The notes under the pieces are model-generated. The model saw only the letters and a program-made list of their open reading frames with translations, was not told the origin of the DNA and searched no databases. From positions 1-60,725 of the IMG/VR virus record IMGVR_UViG_3300045119_000151: DNA of 60,725 nucleotides; one strand, given 5' to 3'. The translations under genes and the position numbers were made by a program. Source of the stretch: a virus. Lineage: Duplodnaviria > Caudoviricetes. Shown here in pieces: positions 8,355 to 16,418 of this stretch. The first letter of the stretch is position 1. Each line of letters begins with the position of its first letter.

Positions 8355-8546
8355 GTGGCGATAGTTCCGCAGAGAAGAAACCCGCGCGAATTCGGGTTAC
8401 CAATGCATACCCAGGATATGCGCATACAAAGTATGAAGGTACATGCGATCCAGATGTTACCTACAAAGAAATCTGCGATTGGCTTAACTTGGGTCTTGGG
8501 TATCGAAGCGTTTATTTAAGTGATTGCAAATGGGGCGGTATTCGTC

Positions 8547-9164
8547 ATGACGATTGAACATCCCACTCCCGATGAAGTACTCGCGCTCGCATTCGCTAAG
8601 TATCAAGGCTGCGAATGTGTTAACAAGAATTTCGTTTCGCTTCGCAAAGAAGAGCTGTTGCGCATGCTACAAGAGTGGCGCTCTCCACCGACTAGAAAGA
8701 CTCTCATATCGGATGACGCCGATGAACTATGCCGTCGCCTCGAAGCAGAGGGAATGGTCTCGATGCGGCATACGTTTAAATGTATGTACTTGCAGATTGA
8801 AACAGTGGGAAGGCGAGCGCCTATTCATGGCATGGAATCTGTAGACGCATCAGAGTTAACGTTAAAGGCCATTCGCGAACGCTCAACCGCTTTCAATCAC
8901 TGGTTTACGCGCAACGGCGGCTACAAGGGCTATGAAGCTCAAGCGATCGATGCTTTGCTGGATTGCATCGACAAGCAATCTCTACCGCCGAAAGCGCCTC
9001 GCCCGCTCGTAACTGACATTGTCGATTTGATTCGCAACGATTCGTACGCCGTCACGTTTCAAAGCATGGGCGAATATAGATCGGCTCTAGTCCGCCATGC
9101 CGCGCAAATGCTGCTTGAATTCGAATCACAGCAATCCGTCGAGACACGGGATAGCCATGAGTGA
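8547..9164 (+). CDS. Hypothetical protein
   Basis: Long ORF in the array; C-terminal DSYAVTFQSMGEYRSAL motif. Confidence 0.65.
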   Translation: MTIEHPTPDEVLALAFAKYQGCECVNKNFVSLRKEELLRMLQEWRSPPTRKTLISDDADELCRRLEAEGMVSMRHTFKCMYLQIETVGRRAPIHGMESVDASELTLKAIRERSTAFNHWFTRNGGYKGYEAQAIDALLDCIDKQSLPPKAPRPLVTDIVDLIRNDSYAVTFQSMGEYRSALVRHAAQMLLEFESQQSVETRDSHE

Positions 9165-9462
9165 GATTCATTCAAAGTATTTGTGGCCCGCCGCTGAGCG
9201 CATTGCCGATATCGTTTGCCTGTCGGTTGCGGAAATCCCTGACCGCGACAGCCCGGACGATCAGCCAGAGATGATGCTCGTGACCGGTGACGAACTAAAG
9301 GGCCACATCATTCGCGCATTTGAGCAATGGCGGGAAGAGAAGCAAACTGAGTCTGAGACGTCAGAGCTTCGCAATACCGCATGGAAATGCGTTGATTGCG
9401 GTAATTCTTGGATGTCAGCGCTGGGCGGAACTTGTCCGACTTGCGGCGGCGAGCTTAAATGA
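9157..9462 (+). CDS. Hypothetical protein with C-terminal Zn ribbon
   Basis: VAEIPDRDSPDDQPEMMLVT..EL plus CVDC...CPTC. Confidence 0.6.
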   Translation: MSEIHSKYLWPAAERIADIVCLSVAEIPDRDSPDDQPEMMLVTGDELKGHIIRAFEQWREEKQTESETSELRNTAWKCVDCGNSWMSALGGTCPTCGGELK

Positions 9463-9608
9463 ACACCGAAGGTGACCATGTATGATGGAAATTCTTCATT
9501 TTGTATTCTCCGATTTCTGGCACTGGTTGGGCATGCTATTTTTATGCGCGGTAATCTTTGGCGGGATTGGCGGCATTATTAGGCGATAGTTGAGCGAGGG
9601 TTAAGGTC

Positions 9609-9971
9609 ATGGGTTGGTCGATTGGATACGATGATAAGTGGCAGCGCGATATTGGCTATGGCGTGCCTGCCTTTTGTGACCATCCTAACTGCATGACTCA
9701 TATTGATCGCGGCCTATCGCATGTATGTTGCGCTCAGAAGCCATATGGCGGCGACGATGGATGTGGTTTGTATTTCTGCGCAAAGCATCAGGACTTGCAA
9801 GGTAAGTGCGAGCGATGTGCTGACGACCAAGCTGCATTCGATCCGACGCCGGATCATCCGACTTGGATGCGATGGAAATTAACTGATGGAAGTTGGTCAG
9901 AATGGCGTGGGCAGAATCCGCACGAAGTGAATAAATTGCGAACTGCATTGGGTGAGAAAGATGGCCGCTGA
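9609..9971 (+). CDS. Cys/His-rich hypothetical phage protein
   Basis: MGWSIGYD..W.RDIGYGVPAFCDHP.C...IDRGL..VC. Confidence 0.7.
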   Translation: MGWSIGYDDKWQRDIGYGVPAFCDHPNCMTHIDRGLSHVCCAQKPYGGDDGCGLYFCAKHQDLQGKCERCADDQAAFDPTPDHPTWMRWKLTDGSWSEWRGQNPHEVNKLRTALGEKDGR

Positions 9972-10333
9972 TAACGAATGTGATCCGAATGCGTTCGAAT
10001 CGATACCGCATAGCATCGCGCGCATCGGTGTTCCGCTTCTACCGACAAGTAGTCGAGAGTTGCAGGCGCTATGTGCGGTAGAGATATTATTGCGAGAACG
10101 ATTCTTATTAGAGTTTTTACTTGATGAAGAACGCGCGCGCATTTGTCGGTATCTGGCGGAGAAGTATTCTTCTGGCAAGGAAGGTAGCAAGTGAAACTGA
10201 AGCAGATATTTTGTCGGCACAAGCATGAAAAATGCTGGTTGGCTCGCATTGAGAACGATGGCGAACGATTCTGGCTCTATACCTGCCAGCGCTGTTATCG
10301 AATGCGTGCAATGAATTTTGACTAGCGGGAGAG

Positions 10334-10591
10334 ATGATTGTGAAAACCTACGAAGAACGACAACAGGAGCGCCGCGAATATGAGGCAGATGTTTCATACG
10401 AGGCTTGGCGACGCGGGATGAATCCTGATCGTGCCAGCGAGTGCGCCTCAGACTGCTATTACGACGGCAAGACTGCTAGCGAGTGCGTCGATGGTACGCA
10501 ACGCGAGATTCGCCGCGAACGTGAAGCTAGAGAGATTCGGCAAATGGAGGAAGAAGAGTATTACCGCCAGATGCAGGAAGCGAACGAGTAA
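10334..10591 (+). CDS. Hypothetical protein
   Basis: GGAG RBS; charged 85-aa ORF. Confidence 0.6.
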   Translation: MIVKTYEERQQERREYEADVSYEAWRRGMNPDRASECASDCYYDGKTASECVDGTQREIRREREAREIRQMEEEEYYRQMQEANE

Positions 10592-11662
10592 CGATTTTCC
10601 TAGGGGAACGATGACCATGAACGCTGAACCAATCGATACACGCGGCGCTGGCGACACAGAGCCGTTGCTGCGCAAGCTCATCAAGCGCGACAGCTACGAA
10701 GATCCCATTGGCGGGATTGATGAGCAGGGCCGAAGTGTCGTGTATGAAGATTGGCGGCTAGATCGGTTTGTGAAAATGGTAGAGCCGCGCTCGGTTAAAT
10801 CAGTAGGAAGTCAGATATGAGCGAATATTACCGAGTCCGCATTAGCGAGTACGAAAATGCGAGGGTGGCAGTTGCGCAAATGGCAATGGCGGTAGAAGCG
10901 ATTAAGAGCGAGAACACTCGACTTCGTGCCGAAAACGAACGGCTGATGATTTGTGTTGAAAGACTAGCGGGTGCGCGAGTCCCGTCCGCTGCGAGTGATC
11001 GCCATGAGTAACGATGTAAAGCGAAAGGCACAATTGTTTGTCGATGGCTTCGAGAAAGGTCGTGAATACGAGTCGCGCCGATCAATAAAAAGCATGGCGT
11101 ATGCGAGGAAGCGCATCGCCTATTTAGCCAGATGGCGGCGGATTGCGATAGACAGGCTGGCCCTCGGACCGAAATTAATTACTGAGATTGATAGAACTGC
11201 TCGCACATCGAACACGACTCATGGATAAATCATTGCTCACAATCTGGCTGCTAGGCCGCGAGCGTAGCGATGCTCTAAAGTGCAAAGCATGCAAGGGCCG
11301 TTGTGGTCTTTGGGATTGGGTACAAACACCGCTCAAGTGGAATCCAATGCGCCAACATCCGGGCAAGCGATGGCAGCGAAACGAACCACGATTCAAGCGC
11401 TACCGCGAGGCTGGAGTTGGAACGCTTCGGCAACGGTTGCGAGCTTTTCACAAATGAGTCAACAGCCAAACACTGCCGGAATGATCGGATGTCCATTGTG
11501 TTATCAGTGGTATAACGCAGAGTTCGCGCATTTATGCCAGCAAGCTAGAAGCGGTGCGACATACGGACCACAACCGCTTACCGCTGAAGAAGTCCGCAAG
11601 ATCGTACGCGAAGAACTTGAACGAGCATTGTCCAAATCCAACACAGCTAACGAAGGTGAAAC

Positions 11663-12217
11663 ATGAACGTCGATCAATTGAAAGTCGATCCTGAAAAGGC
11701 TCGCGAGTTGTGGCAGAAATATCAAAGTCATCGCGTACACCAGACGCCGGCCGATGCGGAGATTGCAGCGATCTACAAGCGCATTGCGCAGGGCAAGACT
11801 GTCATTCGCGCGCTTGAATCCATTCGGGCGGCTGGCATGGGTACTGATGGATGCCCGAAGCTGGCCATTGCGCGCGCCGATACGACGCTTTGCTATTGGC
11901 GTCCGCGCCGAGGTAACTGTACGTTTGGCGAACGCTATCCGCGCTCTAATTCGCGCAAAAGCGTTGCCATGGATTGGCCCGGTCTCGATTCTGCAAAATG
12001 GGAAGCTGAAGCTTCGGTGCCGTTAATCCCGGTTCATTTGCGCCCGCGCCGAGGCTTGGAGAACTATCATATTTTATGGGAGGCCGAATGGAGCAAGCGC
12101 TACCCGGTCGATCCGTACTTGCTTCGGCGCTTTGGTGGCGATGCGTGGCTAGTAGTTGCTGCATGGGACTTGACCGATGTTGAGCGCGCTGTGATGTCGC
12201 AGCGGTTGACTTCGTAG
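11663..12217 (+). CDS. Hypothetical phage protein
   Basis: 184-aa ORF with PKLAIARAD, HILWEAEW, DPYLLRR..GD.W.V.AAWDLT.VER; ATGA-coupled. Confidence 0.75.
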   Translation: MNVDQLKVDPEKARELWQKYQSHRVHQTPADAEIAAIYKRIAQGKTVIRALESIRAAGMGTDGCPKLAIARADTTLCYWRPRRGNCTFGERYPRSNSRKSVAMDWPGLDSAKWEAEASVPLIPVHLRPRRGLENYHILWEAEWSKRYPVDPYLLRRFGGDAWLVVAAWDLTDVERAVMSQRLTS

Positions 12218-12238
12218 CACTGCGGGAGAAAGTCAGAA

Positions 12239-12658
12239 ATGATACCTGTAAAGCAAACCAAACTATGGCAGGCGGATGGGGCGCATGCTGGCAATTGTCT
12301 GGCAGCTTGCCTCGCATCGCTTCTTGATATTCCGCTATGGATGGTGCCCCCATTTGATGAAATGTTTGGCTCCTTCGCGATCATCAATCGCGTCAATGAA
12401 TGGCTCGATCAATTCGCTAATCTGGAAATGGTGCAACTAGAAGGACATCAACTGGAAAGGCTTCCGGTGTTTTATATCGCAAGCGGGCAATCGCCGCGCG
12501 GGATTCTGCATGCAACAATCTATAGCGGCGGCCAACTAATCCATGATCCGCACCCCAGCGATGCCGGTCTTTCGACTGTGGAATTTACTAGGCATCTGCA
12601 AAAGATCATTGCGGACGAACCATTGCCCACATCGAATGGTGACCACAATGGCACTTAG
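12239..12658 (+). CDS. Hypothetical protein, possible papain-like (Cys...His...Asp) fold
   Basis: GNCLAACLASLL ... HATI ... HDPHP. Confidence 0.6.
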   Translation: MIPVKQTKLWQADGAHAGNCLAACLASLLDIPLWMVPPFDEMFGSFAIINRVNEWLDQFANLEMVQLEGHQLERLPVFYIASGQSPRGILHATIYSGGQLIHDPHPSDAGLSTVEFTRHLQKIIADEPLPTSNGDHNGT

Positions 12659-13427
12659 TCGCGGCGAGCATGAAAACAAAGCGGAGTACGGCTGCACAAA
12701 TTGCGCCTGGGCTGGCACTAATCCGCATAAGGAGTGCTATTGCCCTAACTGTGGGACTGAACTATTTCCGCCTGAATGGCTAGATAATTCGTTGGGCAGT
12801 GGATCAGTAATCGCATCGACAGCAGGTCAGAAACCGTGAAGCGATTTCAAGCCTCGATCATTCGTAGCATAGTGTTCCAGTTATTTCCGACGGTCGGTGC
12901 TGGATACCAAAGGCTCGGTTTCGTGCCATTCGCATCGAACGATCTTCTTGGCTATCGAGGTTACTTCACCTTACAGGTCTGCTGGCTTAATCGAGGTATT
13001 GCCTTTGATTGGTATTTTCTCATATCGCGATCACAGTTCAATGGAACTGATCGCCAATGAACGTAATCGACCTATATACGGATGCCATGACGCCTCGACA
13101 ATTGGCTCTCAAGGCCAAGCATGGGACGCCTAGTGAGTTCGCTCGGGCATGCTATGCCGCCGTTCCTGGTTTCATCAGCATGGACGAAGCTGCCGCCGCT
13201 ATCGCTAAGTATCAAACTGAATGGTGCTCTGACAGCAATGCAAATGGTTGAATTACGCCGCATCACCGATGTTCCTGTGACTTGCAAACTCTGTGACTGG
13301 CAAGGTGTTACTGGTGAGTGCTTGCCCGATGACGATGGAAAACTGCTATGCGGTCGATGCGCGAGTTATGATATTGAGATTCATCAGCTGCCGCACGAAC
13401 TAGATCCACACAGCAGCGGAGCAAACA

Positions 13428-13601
13428 ATGGATGATCCCGCTTTTTATTTAGGCTATCAAGCCGGTCGCAACGGGGAATCGTTTTATGCGAATCCCTTCG
13501 GCCTAGAGAAGCCATCTGACGATACGCGTAAGTGGGTCGATGGAATGGTGCAGGCGATTATCGAAGAGAAACTTGCCAGCAACGATCATGCTAACAACTG
13601 A
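13428..13601 (+). CDS. RMF/CrpP-like small protein (57 aa, not in ORF track)
   Basis: Hand translation MDDPAFYLGYQAGRNGESFYANPFGLEKPSDDTRKWVDGMVQAII...; matches the RMF pattern A...GYQAG..G.S....P.......W..G; GGAG RBS, overlaps the upstream stop. Confidence 0.6.
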   Translation: MDDPAFYLGYQAGRNGESFYANPFGLEKPSDDTRKWVDGMVQAIIEEKLASNDHANN

Positions 13602-13787
13602 GCAAATTAAAGACGTTTGCCCGGCAGTCTTTGGCACGCATGATTGGCATTGGTTTGAAACGCCGATTCTGCAAACATTTGTAGAGAAAACAGCGGAGCC
13701 TCTTTTCGATACCTATATGCGAATGTGCAAACGATGCAGCATGATTCAACACTTTGATGTCCCATCATCCAGCAACGAGTAAACTCA

Positions 13788-14168
13788 ATGTGCAGCATTT
13801 TCCTAATTATCGATGACAATAATGAGACTGTTCGTTTCGCTGGATTTACCAAGGAAAGTTCGCCACCGCAATGTCCAAAGTGTCATCGTCTTTTTCCGCT
13901 CGCCAAGCCACTGAATCCTGGAAATAGATGGGTCGAAATCTTCTGCACCAGGGAAGATGAGCACGAACGAAATGGCGAGCACTGGCATCAGCACGGTGAT
14001 ATTCGTCTGTCATGGATAATTCCGAGTGATGCCGCTTGGATGGCCACCGTAGCGTGCGAAGTAACAAAAATAAAATGGTACACGCGGCTATGGTGGCTTG
14101 CATGTCGCATTGGTCAGTGGATTCGCCATGGGCGCTGGTATTCCAGCAGTGCGAGTAAGTCAAAGTGA
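13788..14168 (+). CDS. Hypothetical protein
   Basis: 126-aa ORF with CPKC. Confidence 0.5.
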   Translation: MCSIFLIIDDNNETVRFAGFTKESSPPQCPKCHRLFPLAKPLNPGNRWVEIFCTREDEHERNGEHWHQHGDIRLSWIIPSDAAWMATVACEVTKIKWYTRLWWLACRIGQWIRHGRWYSSSASKSK

Positions 14169-14614
14169 CCATGTTTGTTGATGATAGCCGAGAAAGTCAG
14201 TGACCAAAGAAGAATTCACTAGCGCCTATTGCAAGCAATACGGAATGGACATGGAGCGCCTATCGAGGACGCGAACCGCTTGTCCTTGCTACTGCGGTGA
14301 GGAAAACTGCAACGGTTGGGCCATGATCGCTAACGACATCGTTGATTTTCACATGGAAACGAATGGGCAGCCACCAACGCCACCAACTAACAATGGGAAT
14401 CGCAATGAATAAAATCGGGTACGCAGTGACACCAGTTGGCGAGGTTGATCTCTGCTTTACGAGCGCTCCTGAGATACTTGGCGAAGGCTCTATCTATCAA
14501 ATTTACACAAATAGGGCCGATGCCGAGCGTTTCTGCGCGGAGATTGAATTCTCGGATGCTGAGTATGAAGTAGTGGAAGTGACTATTAGCAGCGAAAACC
14601 ATAGAGGCTAAGAC

Positions 14615-15139
14615 ATGCAGAAATTCCACAAAGGCGATCACGTAAAGATCGCCGACGATCTCGGCCCAACAATGCGGCATTTCACGGCCGGTGTCGAAGC
14701 GATTGTGATGGGTTCCTACCGAGACCAATACGGCGGAAGAAACACCAAAAGCTACACCCTTCACCTCAAGGGCGCCGGGGAAACCTCTTGGTATGAGGAA
14801 TATCAGTTGACTCTCATTGAATCCGGGCGTGAAGATTTACTGAAGCAATGGGAAACTGCGCGCGATGCCGAGATTGCGACGAAGGCGGATAGGGATTGGA
14901 TATTTGAACACGGAGATGAAGTTGTAAAATCTCCGTGTGGTGCAAGCCTAGCGACGTTGGGTCAGGATCTTGGTTGCAACAATCTATGGGGTGCCAACGG
15001 CGAGGGAATCACTTACTATCAGAATTCACTGATTGTGTGGACGGCTGCGAAGCCATTTCTAGAGACGAAAGACAAGGACGGATGGCTAAAGTATTGCGCT
15101 GAATTTCTGGCATCAAGCGCAAACCAAAGCGGCGAGTAA
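14615..15139 (+). CDS. Hypothetical protein with N-terminal KOW/SH3-like segment
   Basis: MQKFHKGDHVKIADDLG...HF...EAIVMGSY.DQYGG; GAGG RBS. Confidence 0.7.
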   Translation: MQKFHKGDHVKIADDLGPTMRHFTAGVEAIVMGSYRDQYGGRNTKSYTLHLKGAGETSWYEEYQLTLIESGREDLLKQWETARDAEIATKADRDWIFEHGDEVVKSPCGASLATLGQDLGCNNLWGANGEGITYYQNSLIVWTAAKPFLETKDKDGWLKYCAEFLASSANQSGE

Positions 15140-15144
15140 ATTCT

Positions 15145-15453
15145 GTGCCAGCCAATCCGCAACATCACGAAGCCGCCTTCCACCGTGCACAGCAGGAATA
15201 CAACCGCGCGTGCATCGAAGCGGCAATTGAACGCATCAAGTCTTTTAATCCTGAACGCGCAATCAACGACCATTTCAGTCAGCGAGAACGACAGGTGATT
15301 GAACTGCGAGTCAAAGGCGTTCCGTATCACTCGATTGCAAATCAGCTTGGCATACACGTTCGTGTTGTTGCTCACTATCTGGAACGGGCGCGGACTAAGA
15401 TGGGCTTGTCAACCAATGAGCAGTTGCTTGAACTCGTGAGGCGATCACGATGA
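15145..15453 (+). CDS. LuxR/sigma-region-4 type HTH protein
   Basis: FSQRERQVIEL...G.....IA.QLGI..R.V..YLERARTKMG. Confidence 0.75.
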   Translation: MPANPQHHEAAFHRAQQEYNRACIEAAIERIKSFNPERAINDHFSQRERQVIELRVKGVPYHSIANQLGIHVRVVAHYLERARTKMGLSTNEQLLELVRRSR

Positions 15454-15965
15454 GTTACGCCTACGCCGAACGACTGCTGACGGATGATGAGACACGACAA
15501 CTTGTGGAGTACCAACGACAGTTCGATAAGGACTTAGTGCACCGCGCCGAAGTGTTAGCGGTTCGGATTTTAATGCGGAGTGAAATTCGTCCGAGAGTGG
15601 TTGGGATGACGGACTTCAATGGCATCTTTGGAGTTGATTCTCCATGAGGCTTAAAGTTCGCCATCGTCGACCGCACGTGAAACAGCGACTCTGTTTTCAT
15701 GGCTTCGCTCGCGTGCCGACCAATATCGTTCCTCAGCGTAATCCAGATGGCCACTGGATACGCGTCATTCGTTGGCAACATGCTGGAATGAACTACTCAT
15801 TGGGATACAATCCTGATCGACTATTCGGTGAGAGACTTAGAAGTATTCGCCGTGCGCTATTACTATCGATGCAGTTTACGATTGAGCAGGCGACCGGAAG
15901 CCATCAATTGTATGTGGATGAAGTAAATGCGATGTTTGAAGGACGTGGACAAACGAGGCATTAAC

Positions 15966-16418
15966 ATGACTGATCCAGCCGCCCCTCAATCCAATTGGTG
16001 GCCGTTCCCGCCGCCAGTGCCTGGAATCTACAACATCAAACGAAACTACCGCAATAGCATTCATCGCTTAGACGCCTATTGGCCTGCAGTTACCGTCTCG
16101 CTGGTAAATACTGGGAAAGCGGAGATTATAATGCGTGTTCAGTTTCCTGGAGAATCGTCCAATCGGGTGATTGGCTTCATCTATAAGTCGGCATGGAGCG
16201 ACTATGAATTTCAGTTCATCGGAACCGAAACATGGATACCGAAGATCCATGCCGATTCAGACATTGTGCTGCCGATCGCACACAGCATCGACGAAGCCAT
16301 ATACATCGTACGGCAGCAGCCGGAACTATGGCCGCAATTGAACGGCGTGCATGTGGAATATGTGGAGCAGGCTAACCGACCGCCTTCTTCAGCGCCAGCA
16401 ACCGACGACGCTCCTTGA
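15966..16418 (+). CDS. Hypothetical protein (last gene of accessory array)
   Basis: GAGG RBS; its 3' end overlaps the convergent ejection-protein gene. Confidence 0.55.
   Translation: MTDPAAPQSNWWPFPPPVPGIYNIKRNYRNSIHRLDAYWPAVTVSLVNTGKAEIIMRVQFPGESSNRVIGFIYKSAWSDYEFQFIGTETWIPKIHADSDIVLPIAHSIDEAIYIVRQQPELWPQLNGVHVEYVEQANRPPSSAPATDDAP

Larger units (their letters stand above)
6968..16418 (+). other. Array of about 35 short, translationally coupled accessory ORFs
   Basis: Near-continuous ATGA/GTGA or few-base overlaps, e.g. 10817-11011, 11004-11228, 11221-11457, 11454-11666, 12648-12839, 12836-13060, 13057-13251, 13244-13435, 13588-13782, 14200-14412, 14405-14611, 15450-15647, 15644-15964. Confidence 0.85.
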
